A stretch of 63,674 nt of DNA, the filler included, from Reticulomyxa filosa (taxonomy: Eukaryota > Protista > Foraminifera): NCBI GenBank assembly GCA_000512085.1. It is 21 parts of 21 records of this genome, joined end to end, with 100 filler letters (N's around TTAATTAATTAA, not from the genome) between each part and the next. Parts side by side here need not be neighbours in the genome. Positions count along the whole stretch, not along the records: positions 18,140 to 27,654 come from ASPP01022572.1; positions 27,755 to 31,378 come from ASPP01024431.1; positions 31,479 to 33,363 come from ASPP01035249.1; positions 33,464 to 35,974 come from ASPP01029235.1; positions 36,075 to 39,055 come from ASPP01003278.1; 16 more parts are not named here. One strand, 5' to 3'. The notes beneath the pieces are model-generated. The model saw only the letters and a program-made list of their open reading frames with translations, searched no databases and was not told the origin of the DNA. Positions 25,301 through 39,000 of this stretch are shown piece by piece (the stretch's first letter is position 1; every line of letters begins with the position of its first letter). A program made the position numbers and the translations under genes.

Positions 25301-27479
25301 GGCGATTGACTCTTTGAGGCAATTGGCTGACAAGTTTTTAGAAAAGGATGAGCTATCCAACTTTAATGTTATCTTTCTTTCTCTTTTGTGTGTGTATGTG
25401 ATTTTAATTGAAGTAATTTTTTTTAAAAAAAACAAAACAAAAAAAAAACGGTGTTTGAAATACAAAATGGATCACAGTTCCAAAAAGATTTTTTGAAGCC
25501 ATTTCAACTGATAATCTTGAACACAACCTCAAACGACGTTCGTGAATTGGTCGTGCAGTGCATGGCCCGGTTGATCAAGTCTCGCTATCGAAACATCAAA
25601 TCCGGATGGAAGTGCGTATTTGCAGTGTTAGGAGCAGCTGCTCGTCATTCGAATGAGCAGTTGGTCATTAGTTGTTATGACACGATGATCACCACGCTGG
25701 ATCTGTATTTCCCAATGATCGAGCAAATCTCAACCCGTCCGTTGTCGAGACTGACCGAAGAAGAGGCCATGAACGCGATGACCGACGTGAAGATGGCCGA
25801 GTCCAACGACACGCAAAGCAACAACGAAAAGCAATTCAACGAATTGCAAAGCCAAAATCCAAACGATCACGCCATTCAACACAATCGCCATGGTCATCGC
25901 CATTATCAAAACGATATTTCCGGCGTCGTTTCCGAAGAAAGTGTACGCAGATTGAAATTGCTGCGAACGGACGCGCTCTCCGATTGTGTGGATACTTTGA
26001 TCGCATTTGTTCAAAACCAATTCACAGACTTGTCCATCTCCGCCATTGATTATCTGAGCAAAACTGCACAGTATTTGTTCGACTCTGATCACTATTTGCC
26101 TGTCAACTCTTTGACCGGCAGCACGTTGCAAGAGAGCGAAATGCAGTGGGCTTCCTTTGGCTCCAATGGAGGCGCTCACTCCTTGGTCTTTGTTAGCAAT
26201 TCGTTGGCGGGTGGCATTCCGGATATGAGTAGGCCTTTAATTAAGGCATGGTTTTTATGCTTGCTTGGCTTGAGCAAAGCTGTCAATGATCGTAGATTGG
26301 AGGTACTCATTTTTTTTTATCCATTCGTTCATTTTCTCAACAATAAAAAAAAAAAAAAAAATAGCAATTGTAAACTTACAAAGGTACGAACTCATGCATT
26401 GACGGTGATGTTTCGATTATTACGAGCCCAGGGCAGTTGCTTTGACGAACTGATGTGGACAAGGTCATTCCAACGTCTGATTTTCCCCGTTTTCGCAGAG
26501 CTGCGACAATCAATGGGACCCATGGCAAATGCCAATTGCGACTTGGATATGAAGTTGCAGCCTTTGACCAAGACATTGAGTGAGACTGGTCATCACAACC
26601 ACGATGGCGCAAACAACGCTAATGACACTTGGAGCAGCTTGGCCAATCTCAAATCCACTCGTCTAGTGAATCGGTTATCGGATGAGTCGATCAAGATAAG
26701 CAACAAAGTCGTAACCACTCCCACCGGAAGGGCTCGACGCGGAAGTGACGGATGTGAGCCCAAAAATCGTCGAAATCGTTCACAATCCAATTCCAATGAA
26801 GCCGAGGATACATTGATCACAAAGGTGTCCATACAAACTACCATTTATGAGGAATACACGTGGCTGGAGACAACATGTCATCCTGCTCTGTCGGCCATGG
26901 TGGAGCTCTTCAACCAATTCTTCACTGTTGAAAATGTCTTGCTGCATGAAATATTGCTGCTATTGACTAATTTCATTTCAATGGTAATGCTTATAGAATA
27001 TGTATAACATATACATAATACAATTAATCGTTAAACAAACAAAACAAAATTGTATGTCTTTGAATGCTTATGTAGAAACAATCTACAGAGGCATCGCAAA
27101 TTGGATTGCAATGCTTAACCCGATTGATCGAAGCTAATTCGGCTCGCTTTACTACAAATCATTGGTCGATAATCATCACTGATATCATTCAAGCACTTCA
27201 CCATGCTTTGCCACGAGCTTTAATATCCAACACACTCAAAAAACATCAATCCCAGATAAAGTCGTCGTCAGGACACGAGCAGAAAGTGGAAGTTAACGTA
27301 TTTATTTGTTGTTGTGGCCGCTGAGGCAATATGTTCAAAACATTTTTTATTATACACTGAGCTCATTTCAGCAACGAAACGGAACTGATGCTACCAAAGA
27401 ATCTCTCCGCGTGACAAATCCCAAAGAATTTGTTGTTTTGTCGGAATCCCTTTTGAATTTGTTACAGCTTTTACGTCAA
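19304..27479 (+). CDS. BIG/Sec7-family large ArfGEF (DCB-[TPR]-HUS-Sec7-HDS), about 16 introns, 3'-partial, two frameshifts
   Basis: DCB LACET..ISLDGIQKLV; HUS LFLNYDCS; Sec7 FLLPGEAQKIDR with the catalytic Glu; HDS [54 protein letters not shown] and NIKSGWK. Frameshifts at ~19685 and 21066-21072. Confidence 0.95.
21053..21405 (+). other. Three-TPR module similar to Hop/Sti1 TPR2A, inside the Sec7 gene
   Basis: With one A restored: LADLEKKRGNQCYSKGHHREALVHYKKAQELNPRHPAYLVNQA..CVKAIEIGR..AKSFSTLA..IRFYRLSLSEY. Confidence 0.85.
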
Positions 27480-30400
27480 GTTAAGAAAGAATTCAATGTA
27501 CATATATATACGTACATATATACGTCATGCACTTTTCTTTTTTTTTTTTTTTTTTGCATTTGTTGAACTCTTTGTAATTGATTTGTTAGCGGATGGGTTG
27601 GAACCGAAAGGGTTGGAACCGAAAGGGTTTGAATTCCGGGTTTTTAAAAACCCGNNNNNNNNNNNNNNNNNNNNNNNNNNNNNNNNNNNNNNNNNNNNTT
27701 AATTAATTAANNNNNNNNNNNNNNNNNNNNNNNNNNNNNNNNNNNNNNNNNNNNTTTTTTTTTTAATATATGTACATATTCAATAATTAATAGCAAAACA
27801 ACATCTTTATACGTAGATTGATTATTTATTTTTAGTATGTGATATGTGTTGCTTGAAATATTTTAACAGATATTCCAAAGTGTATCAGCGAAGTTTTGGA
27901 ATGCGAATGGATACTTTTTTGCTGTTTATATTGCTGTTGGTGCTGCAGCGAGTTCTCAGCGATAATGGCAATTATGACAGCAATATCGATGGTTGCATAC
28001 ATGAAAGCAAACGTGGCAATATCATGGTCGAATTGTTGCTAGTGGAAATCCAATATCTCGTCGAATCATGGAAGCCACACTACAACGCACGTATCTATCA
28101 TCTTTTCAATAAAAGTATTTGTTCGTCATTGAACAAATATTTATTAATGATGGCGTGCATTAAATATGGATCATATTATTTCGTTTTGAATGATGTAGAG
28201 TTTGAAAAAAAAACTGGAGGTCCATATTGTGTAGTGTGATTCATGATGAATTGAAAGTGGTGAGCTGGATATTATCGTGATTATATTTGCAACCTGTATT
28301 CCACGTTATAATATCTTTTTGTTATGTGATTGAAATATGTATGACAATACATACGTACGTATATAACATAGGTCTGCAAATAATGTAATACATGTCTATC
28401 AATAACTTGGAAAGTAGCTGTTGTGGTTGCGGTGTCAAGCAAGGGTGAAAAAAAGTACAAACAACGCAAAATTTATGGCATATTTGATCGCAAGTATTTA
28501 ACGCTTGCCTCACATTTTTTGATTGAAAATGTATCTTTTTGTGTAAATTGTGCTTTTTTGAATTTTTCTTTTAATGATGATTGTAATGTCCCACCTCCAG
28601 CTCACTTGACTTCTTTAATCAAATCATACCATCGTAAAAAAATTTCTGGACTTTAATATTTTAAATTAAAAGAAAGCGCGTTGGACTGTGCGAAATAGAA
28701 ATTGATTCTTGTCACTATTGGCAAAAAAGACTTCGAGTATTATCTTCTTGCTGCCATGTAGGTGTAGATGAAAAGAAGAATACGTATAATATGAAGATGA
28801 TAAAGACAATTGCGAGAAAGAACTTGCATTGTAAGCGTTTTTGTATCACAACCAATGTAAGAGAACACGTATTTTCCTCCATGTTCGATTTTTTTTTTAT
28901 TTTTCAAAGGCTTCACTGCAATGGCAATGAAGAAAAAACATTAGAAGATTTAATTCATTGACATTATTTTTGTATGTTGTAGATCAGGTGTTTGTGGTGA
29001 CATGGGTTGTACATATTTTTTTTGTCACTGTTTTTTTTTTTTAAATATTCATGAAATTTGGCATCTCCAAATGCAAGGTTCAGTTCACTTTCACCAATAC
29101 TTTTGAAGGTGTTGCTTCAACAATAGTGGACGTACACTTATTTTCAACTTTCTAGCATCTCACCAAACCCGAAAGGGTTTACCTTGATGCGCACAGCTTT
29201 TTACCAAGAAAGTGGCTTGTCTACTATTCCGCGTCGTACACATCATGATGAATAACATTGTTATTATTTTTCATGACTCCGGCGTAAGACATGCCTTAAA
29301 AATTCCATACGTGAGATATTCATTCAATCGACAATACAAGCACAGCACCGAAGTCGATTGGAATTCAAATGCACTGGGATCTTCACTTGCACGAAAAAGG
29401 ACACCATAACAATAGTGTTCATTATTTTTGCCTTTTTTTTAAAAAAAAAATAGTCGGACCGTCTCTATCAAAAAATATTTCCCTTTTTCTTTGGAAAAAA
29501 TGAGACCGTCCCGAAATTTTTCTAAATATCTGTTCTCCCTTTCATCCGTGATGACAACGTTTTTGCTGTAATGCTTCCCTCAAAAATTAAATGCGAATTT
29601 GCCAGTGATTGCATTTTCAATCTCCTGAATTTTTTCACAATTTGCTGTTGGGGACAGTGTTTCGTTCATCAACAACTCTCCACCGTACATTAGTACATCT
29701 TTGATTAAAAAGTCGTGTCTATGAAGGGACTCCTTCCAATATTGTCCCCAAATATTCCTGGACACACTTCAGAGGGTGTTTGTTCTGGATCAAAGAGGAG
29801 ATACACAATTCCAATAAGCTTTTGAAAACTGCTTCTTCTTCTGGGGTTGGGAAACTTAAAAAATTGTATGGAGGACTGGATCTTATTTCTGACATTTTTC
29901 TTTGAAAAAGAAAAGGGGGGCTTTTGTTGGTCCTTAAAATACTGATAACAAAACAGTTTGCTAACATTTCTGAATTTGGAAAATCTTAAGTTGCTCATAG
30001 TCAATAGAACTTAATTTTATATGTTTTTCGGCTGATTTGAATACATAAATGAAATAAACATTCACATAATATTACCATATTATGTGAATCACACTTTTTA
30101 TTTAAAAAATTATTTTTAGGTTTTTTATTATCAAAGTATGATAATATTAAATATTTCTTATTGTTTGTTGGAGACTGTATGATATTTTTGATCTTTTTTA
30201 AAAAAATCGAATAAAATTTGTTTGATACAAATAAAAATGAATTTTTGTTGGATTTCAATTTTACATTAGTATTGAAAGTTCGATTAAGATTAAGCATAAA
30301 CAAAACAACAATCAACAAAATAGTTCAGGCTTGTTACATTTTATTAATTGTAAAATATATCCACAAATAATTTTTTCTTTAATAAAATGCTAAGTTAATT

Positions 30401-30591
30401 TTCTTTTAAAATGCAAATTGAATTATTCATATAAGTTCCGAATATTATCTTTTTCTTTTTTGTATTTTAAATAAATGGGCATTGTTGATATAGTAACCAT
30501 TTGTCACCTTTTTGAAAAAGTCATTTATTTAATTCTAATCTCAACATCAGTGCTTTTTTTTTTTGCAAAAATGAACTTGATGTTGTCCGTA

Positions 30592-31017
30592 TCAACATCC
30601 ACATAATTTGGCCAAAAGATCGGCATTCTGTTCCAATGATAAGTAAATAGTAATTTTAAACTTCTTTTTATTTCTGGAGTCAAATGATACATCATATTCG
30701 GGGATATTTGGAATCTGATCTTCGACATTAGAGTCAAGTTCTTCGATTATAGGATTGTTATTCACCGGGGCTGCATTGCCTTCAATGGCTCTATCCTCGT
30801 ATTCGGAGTACATCCAAAATGTTGTCTCCATTGCTTCTTCCAATGCCCGTTGGTTCATTTTGTGCTCTTCATTTTGGAGCAGCTCATCGACTTTTTCAAA
30901 GGCTTTAACACATGCGCTGCGATGATGATTGATATATTTCACCATATCGATTTCAAAATTTTCTAATCTTGAAAAAATTGAGCAAACAGGATGATAAAGG
31001 TTGACAATATGTTTCAA
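30592..31017 (-). CDS. Hypothetical protein fragment
   Basis: 141-codon ORF with protein-like composition and no recognised motif. Flanks look decayed. Confidence 0.3.
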   Translation of the reverse strand: MKHIVNLYHPVCSIFSRLENFEIDMVKYINHHRSACVKAFEKVDELLQNEEHKMNQRALEEAMETTFWMYSEYEDRAIEGNAAPVNNNPIIEELDSNVEDQIPNIPEYDVSFDSRNKKKFKITIYLSLEQNADLLAKLCGC

Positions 31018-33006
31018 ATGTTAATTGTGTTTTTGTTTTTCTCATCTTCCACGCGAATAATTTTTGTTTGAGTTGAGCAAGATCAAAGTATCCCAACTCC
31101 ATAGCGGTATTAAGGAGTGAATGAGGAACCAATTTTTTTTTCGTTAAGAAAATCCTGTCTTGAAACCGATTTCTTTTCTTCTTGGTGCCACATGATATAT
31201 ATTTTCTTGTTTTCGGGATGCTTGGATTAGAATCAGCACTTGTTCTATTATTCGGAAGCCATCACGTTATTGCTTGATTTTTTACAAACCTTTTTTTTTG
31301 TTTTCCCCCCCCCCCCCTTTGCAATACATTATCAATGTTAACAGATTTTAGTGTGGTGTATGATTACAATGAAAAAATNNNNNNNNNNNNNNNNNNNNNN
31401 NNNNNNNNNNNNNNNNNNNNNNTTAATTAATTAANNNNNNNNNNNNNNNNNNNNNNNNNNNNNNNNNNNNNNNNNNNNCTCTATTTCTGAGATTGTCTTA
31501 GATGATGTACGATGAAAAAATGAATTTTTTCTTAAGATCAACAAAGGGAGCGTCCAAAGTATTGACGATACAATCAAATTGAACATTTATCAAGCAAAAT
31601 AAGTTCAAAGAAGAATTATTCCTCTTACTGAAATAAAGATCTTAAGGCAATCTCCGTTTCATTTTAACTTTTTTGAAATTTTGTTTTCTTTAGTTATTAT
31701 TGTATGCAATTTGTAGTTGAATCAATTAGAAGAAAAAGAAATTCAAATCATAATATGATTTTTTAAAAAAAACATCTTGAGTGATTTAATTTTCTTTTGA
31801 ATAATTAAATGAAATAATTACTTCCACCTAACGAATTAACACACGTATTTAATTATTTTTCTTCTTTCATAGACATTTTGTTTGTAAATTGCATGCACTC
31901 AATTACGTTCACTTTGCACATTTCAGAATTATACAAGCAGCATTCAATAATAGGTATACTTGTTATCAAATGTTCAGATTTTTTTATAATATATCACATG
32001 TAATACACTTTCGCTTCTTGTTTCAAACACCGCATAACTGGATATTCTTGTCTTGCTCCAATCGTAGTTAAATCTCCCACTTCTTTATCTTCAGTACTTC
32101 TTTTTTGGGGATTTGTAATCTTCTTTCCCATCTACTTAATCTTAATAGGTTTAAATTTGACATCGAGTACAATTCATTTTGGAGAATATCCAAAATTGAT
32201 GATGAAATGATAATTTTTCTATTTCATTTTCATCTAACGCTTCCATTATTTTCAGATGACTTACACTTTTGAATAATATCATATTATTTACAAAAAGGAA
32301 AGTAAAAGAGTATATAGATTATCATCAAATCATACAATATCTTTTCTAATTGTTAAAAGATGCAAACTCAAAAAAGTCAAGCGTATTGTATTAATATTGA
32401 ACGTTATATGATTGTTAATGAACAGAAACAGTCTATTTTTTATTAATTTCTGACAATAGAAAAATAAAGGAACAAACATGTTTATGATGCAATTACCTAC
32501 TTTTATGAAAATTAACAATATTCTTCTTCAAAAGTAAGATTCTGTTATTTGACAGATAAATTCAATATAATCAGTCTTGTAAAAAATATTTGTTCTACGT
32601 CAAATACTTCTTCAAAAAAAATTACCTTTGTAATCTATTGAATGGAAACATAAATAACATTCAACCGCTTACTTTTTTATTAGGCATTGTCTTAGTCCTC
32701 TCTGGTGTAAATGTGGAAAATGAAACAAGAAGTGTTTGACACCCGTCAAAGGCTTGAAAAAAGAAAATGATAATTACAAGGAGACTCAAACAGATTTACA
32801 AGAAATGATGTTCCATTTGATGCCAAGATCATGGACAACAATGTTGGAAGAGAGACAATAAACAAAGTGATTCGAATGACAGCGACGGAATAACAGTTAT
32901 ATAAGAGATTAAGCAAGGTGTTGGATGACAAAAAAGGGATTGGTGGACGTCGTCGAAGTCGAAACAGGCAGACAAAGATGGCGTGTGAAAAAGTATTATG
33001 AACTAA

Positions 33007-33363
33007 ATGAAGTGGAGGAAAACACACTTCGCAATACCTTTGGGACGCTCCAAGCGGTTGGTGTTGTATGCTTATGACGTATCACGTGCAGATCACATAA
33101 TAAGCGTGCCCGATATCCCCATTGTAGAGCCCGAATATGCATCAAAGCTGCAAAAGCGCACTTTGCAGGTCTATGTGCTGTTGAAGAAGTCCAAGTATGC
33201 ATACGACCCTTACATTTGTTACAAAGCGCTTTGTTTGGCCAATGACAACGAAAGCAAAGCCATTCAATGGTTTTCCACAAATCGAAAACAACCCGACACA
33301 CTTCACAAAGTTGCGCCTTCATACGTAGAATCAACTTTTACTCGATACAGTTGGGATTTCAAA
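33007..33363 (+). CDS. Hypothetical fragment with a UBA-like segment
   Basis: CYKALCLANDNESKAIQWF resembles UBA helices 2-3. Confidence 0.3.
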
Positions 33364-33480
33364 NNNNNNNNNNNNNNNNNNNNNNNNNNNNNNNNNNNNN
33401 NNNNNNNTTAATTAATTAANNNNNNNNNNNNNNNNNNNNNNNNNNNNNNNNNNNNNNNNNNNNGGGATTTCTTTGTAATT

Positions 33481-35974
33481 GTGAAGTTCATGTCACAAGA
33501 GTATGGAACCAATTTGAGTGCATCAGTATACAATATATTGACAAAATTCTTAGAAAATTATCAAAAGGTTTCTAACTTATCCCATTTGGATCTCTTTTGT
33601 CTTATTCCATGTCTTAATTACTTGCGTTCTATACAAAGTAATATATCAGATACTCGATTCTTCAATGATCAAAACATCAAATCGCAAGAAGAATCGAAGG
33701 AAAATAATATGAAAGAAATGATACTTACTATTCTGCAAACAGATTTGCGTATTCGCCAATCGAGAGATATTACACCAGAGATATTCACAGAAGCATATGT
33801 ATTTCGATTATTATACATTCAACAAGATCACAAACTATCTCATTCCATTTTACAATTTCTATTCGAACAAAAATGAACAGATTTGGATTAATATCACAAG
33901 TATAGATAATGATATAAGCTGCGAAATTATTTTGGTGTGTATGGAAAGAGTTTTAAACAATAGATCTCATTCTTAGTATTATTAAAAGAAAAATATATTT
34001 TAGATCAAAGTTCCATTCGCAATCAATTTTTTAATATTTTCAATGGCAGTGAATTTCGTGAATTACTTAGTGATCCAAAAGATTTTGAGGATTTTATCCA
34101 CTTCATAAACTATCAACACCAAAAACAAATAATTTGTTTTCTTTATGATGGATGTTCTTTTTATGATACAAAAAAGGATGGAGATAAGCATACTTTATTG
34201 AAACCTATATTGGAAGTATTCATCATTATGAAAAGATATTATATTTGGTTGATCTTTTATGAAATGTTAAGTCATATATATTTTGCAAATATACACACAT
34301 ATAATTTTGTTTTGTTTTGTTTATTTTTTTTATAGACTGTTTTGATGGGAGAAACGTATGCATTTTATTTTTATAAATAATTTCTTATTACAAACAAATA
34401 AACAAATGAAAAAAAACAAACAAACAGAGGATGCGGTAAAACAACTTTAATAAAATTTCTTGCTTATGCAATGGATGTTAAGCTAATAGCAGTGAAAATT
34501 ATGGAGGATTTGAAAGAACTCACGTTTGTCAAACAATTGAGGAATGCGAAAAAAAATTGAGAGAAATTAACGGTGATAATGGTTTTGATATTACAGATTC
34601 AAAAGAAGAAAATATGGATAAAAAAACTAATTCCAAAGAAATATGGCTATTTTTAGATGAATTTAATACATCACCAGATATTGAATGGTTCTGAGATGAT
34701 AAATTGAGTATATTTATATGTCATGTTTTTTCATTGAGTGAAACAGTAAAATTTTATATTTGGCAATTTGGATCCTTATATTTTGGAAATGACAAAAAAT
34801 TGGAAATAACATTTACATCAAAATATTTATGGAATATTTGACAAAGAAGTGAATGGTATTATTGAACAAATTTGTACAAACAAGATTTTGTTCGTAGAAA
34901 ATTACAAGATAGAGCTGTGGTATCTTTACGAGATGTTGAAAGATATCTTAAAATATTTATTTGGTTTGTTAATACTTATACTACTGAACATTATGATGAA
35001 ATATGGATTCAACAATACTTGATTATTGCTATGGGAATATGTTATTATTTTCGACTTCACAAACAAGATGAGAAGAATATACAAATTTGATAATAATAAA
35101 ACGTATTCCATTTTTGAAGATATTAACAGACAAAATAAAGAAACTTTGCGAATTATTTGTGGTTGGTTTTTTTAAAATGTGATATAAACTTTACATAACT
35201 TTATTTAACAATAAAAAAAGATGCTGCAAAAACTCAAGCATTGAAAGAGATGTTATTTATGTTATTTGTGTGTATAATAACAAACACACCCAATTTTGCG
35301 TTTTTATTATTTATTAAAAAAAAGTAATTATTGTTGAATATCCTGGAACATCAAAAACATTATCAATTCTTAAAAATAACTTAACTGAATTCAATCACAA
35401 TGAATTTCAACAAAGATTGATTAAAAAAAACTTAAACATACCAATTAAACCTCTTCATATTGTTTCATTTCAATGTACTCAAGATAGCAAACCATTTGGA
35501 ATTGAAAAATGATAGAAACAAGCCAAGAACTTAGAAAATGATAAAACTAAATCAATATTATTATTGGATGAACTTGGATTGGAAGAAAGATCGTCTCATT
35601 CTTCATTAAAAATATTGCACCACTTATTAAAAAATCCAGATATTTCATTTGTGGGATTATCTACTTGACCCTTGGATGCGTCCAAAATGAATCGTGTGAT
35701 AATACATCGCATTCCAAATCCGACGCAGAAAGAGTTAAAGAAAATTGGTAAAAAGATGCTTGGAGATAATAAAAACGTACAAATATCGGAAATAATGATC
35801 TTTGGACTTGCTGATGTGTTTCTTTGGTTAAGAGATCACCTGGATTCCAGTGCAAAATTCTGTTGGAAAGAGAATCTTTTGGGAACAAGAGACTGTTATG
35901 CTCTGTTTTATCGTTTTTTATTCAAGAAACAACAAGGAGAATTTTTTGAAGGTATTATGTGGAACTTGGGAGGA
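33481..35974 (+). pseudogene. RNF213 (mysterin)-like tandem AAA+ ATPase pseudogene fragment
   Basis: Ordered motifs LMGET/GCGKT (split by an intron), WLFLDEFNT, VSLRDVER, CYYFRL, PGTSKTLS, VSFQCT, LLDELGL..LKILHHLL and FVGLST*PLDASKMNR. Multiple in-frame stops and frameshifts. Confidence 0.85.
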
Positions 35975-36074
35975 NNNNNNNNNNNNNNNNNNNNNNNNNN
36001 NNNNNNNNNNNNNNNNNNTTAATTAATTAANNNNNNNNNNNNNNNNNNNNNNNNNNNNNNNNNNNNNNNNNNNN

Positions 36075-36803
36075 TTTCTCTTTTTTCTCGTTTCCATTCT
36101 CTTTCCCTTTCACATTCTCTCTCTTGTTGTCTTTCTCTGTTGTTTCTTTGCTTTGTCTTTCACGCTGAATAAATTCGAATTCATTATCACGAGAGTATTG
36201 TCTAAGTTCTTCTTTGTCTCCACCAACTAGTTCATAGCGAGGAAGATAACGATTTCGAATATCCGGATGATGTGAGCCAAGACTGCGAGAATGTTCAAAT
36301 GAGACTTGACTGCTTCCCCTTCGAACAAGTGTTTGATGATGATGATGACGATGATGATAATGATAATTATCAACTTCTTTTCCTGGTCTCAAAGCAGGGC
36401 CAACAGTAGAGACAGATATCGACTTTGCTTGCACATTAGCACTCGATCGGAGCTCATCCACAAAATGAGCATATTTGCAACGTGCGCCAAACTTGCATGA
36501 TCCTGTTCGTTGAAAGTCGACACAATATGAGGTTTTGTATAATGGATGACGACTCACATCATTGAGTCTGGATAACTCATTTCGAGGCAAATTGGAACGA
36601 TGTTCTACAGCAATAGAGTGTCTTTGTCAGCAGGATACTCAAATTTTTCATTTCGCATTTTTTCTTGGACATGACGAACTTTCAATTTATCTTCATATTC
36701 ATCTTCATATTTATTTCGATATTCATTTTCATTTGGATATCGATATTGATAATAATAATGATCTTTATCTTTGTAATTATCCTATTTTATAATAAATAAA
36801 TAA

Positions 36804-36841
<38 letters not shown>

Positions 36842-37527
36842 TTATTATTATAAAATACTTTTTTTTTACAACACCTGAGTTTCATAGCTCTGTGGAAGGT
36901 CGTCAATGGGACGATTGGTGGGATAATGGTGAATGGGTTCTTTATCTTTTCCACTCGTATATTCGCGACTCCTGCTTTCTTCAATCAAAGCACGTCTTTC
37001 TTCGTAGTTACGCATGTCACTTCGAACCACGTTTTCCTTTTTTTAAAAAAAAAAACATTATGTTTATTAAAATTTCATTATAACAAATTTAAAAAAAAAA
37101 TTGTGTATTTTTGCTAGTATACTTCATAATGGTCAATTTGTCTCGATTGATAATCATCACTAGGATAGTGTATGTAAACGTGATTATTGCCATGAATTGA
37201 TCCTTGTCGTGGAGATACAACTACACTTTTATGTGGCAACTGACGATATTCTATGCTTTTTGACGTAAGTTGCGCATGTTGGGATGAATAGACTGGATAT
37301 ACAGCATTCACATTCTCTCCTGTTGGCATACCGTGTGAAACATAAGTGTCCGAATATCCGTGATTGGATGCATTTTCCGTTGTTACTGTGTTCGTTTGAG
37401 GTAATGCACCACGTGAACTTGTCTCATACACTCTTAATCGTTTGGACTGAGGTTCCAGTGGATATGCAGCATATTCTTCAGCAATATCATCATATGGATA
37501 ATGCCTCTTTCTGAGATTTGAATGCAT
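36075..37527 (-). CDS. CCCH zinc-finger RNA-binding protein (TIS11-type finger), multi-exon, 3'-partial
   Basis: LYKTSYCVDFQRTGSCKFGARCKYAHFVDELR (C-x8-C-x5-C-x3-H with a YKT lead-in). Confidence 0.75.
36783..36857. repeat. 75-nt AT palindrome filling most of a 93-nt intron
   Basis: TATTTTATAATAA...(TA)n...TTATTATAAAATA, within minus-strand intron 36874-36782. Confidence 0.9.
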
Positions 37528-38345
37528 TTTCAAACAGTAAAGTCTTTGGTTCTCAAGAAAAAAACAGAACAACTCAATTATTTTTCAATAATCAACAAAA
37601 ATTATATTCAAAGAAAATAGACAACTTTGCAAAAACATTAAAAATATCTTATTGAAAAAAAAGTTTCTTTTAATAAAAAAACAACTTTATAACCGACCAA
37701 TCAAATCCGTTTTGATAAAGTTTTCATAAAAAACGTTCAATCAATTTCAATAAATAAAAATAAAACAAAAAAAATCTTTCTTGTCCACGGGAGTATATGC
37801 TATTGATTTATTTTCAATCATTACTCCAAATATCACTGTTGTTGCTATTGATGATTACAGCGTAAAACGTCATGACGATGTAAAATTAGTGAATTAATTT
37901 TCAAATTTAAATAGTAATAACAGTGCAAAACAAATTTAAAAAAGAAATAAAAGTTAGCTGTTTTGAAACGGTGTCAATTCTTGTTTTTTGTTGTACTAAT
38001 TTTCATCAATTATATGAAAAATTTCAAGATTTTGATTAATGCTATAATTTGATATGACTTAAAAACAATCGATTTTATTTTTCGTTTAATATGAATGACT
38101 TTTTGCAAATTTTTTGATGAAAGATTTATTTGTTGAGTATTCTCTCATTAGAATTGAGACATACAGACCAAAGTTATAGAATAATGCAACAACAGTGATA
38201 AATAGTCTACATTAGGTTATATTACGTCCCACTTCTTACATGCAATTAATGTAACGAAGACAATCCAAACGAACAGACTGTTTTTACAACCAAAACTGAA
38301 CGAGTTTTTTGGTTTCACCTTTTCCAAGGGGAGCATTAAAAAAAA

Positions 38346-39000
38346 ATGTCAGTCGAGATCGCCCATCAATCGAACGGCAACATCACTTCCACAAATGGAA
38401 CTGTTTCCTCTGTGAGCTCTTCTTTTCAAAAAACGGACTCAAAAGGTGCAGAACTGGCGACGTCAGTGAAGACAGTGAGTGACAGTAGCCAAGCAAGCAC
38501 AGTGAAAAGTAACGAAGTGGCAGCAGTGAAAAAGGAAACAACGCCAGAGCCGAAGAGTGCGGTATCAGCAGTGAGCAATGGTCCTAGCAGCAGTGCGACG
38601 TCGACGTCTACCACCTCAACGGACGAGAAGAAGGGTCCAGATAAAAGCAATGGAAGCGTGACCACAACAGCAACAGTAACAGCAACGGTAACAGCGACAG
38701 CAACAACAGCAACAACAACAGCAACATCAAGCATCCTAGCACCAGCACCAACGACAATAGCAACGACAAGCAATAGGAGCGAGGGCCAAAGTGCGGAGAT
38801 CACCACAACAAGCGAAGGAGAGGAAGAAAAAGACAAGAATGCGTCGTCACATAATCAGCTCGGGTTTGATGCCAACGGTCAGTTGATGCCAGGATTCGAG
38901 GATGTTCAAGACACTTGTTTATCATTTATCAGTGATTCAGACTTTACTATATTTAATCGTCAAATCACCAGCGACATACCATTGCAAAGAGTCAGTACAA
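38346..39000 (+). CDS. Ser/Thr-rich N-terminal exon of a hypothetical protein, 3'-partial
   Basis: ATG in an A-rich context opens a long frame that runs into a T/A-run intron. Confidence 0.6.

Noticed and set aside
27590-27654. GGGTTGGAACCGAAA tandem repeat and CGGGTTTTTAAAAACCCG palindrome (telomere or element end?)
   Set aside because: It lies at the extreme contig end with inflated homopolymers typical of degraded read tails, and has under three copies.
35660-35690. TGA at the conserved Trp of the SNW motif, suggesting UGA=Trp recoding
   Set aside because: The same locus has TAG/TAA stops and frameshifts, TGA is the real terminator of AP3S, PDS5 and a WD40 gene, and Trp is TGG elsewhere.
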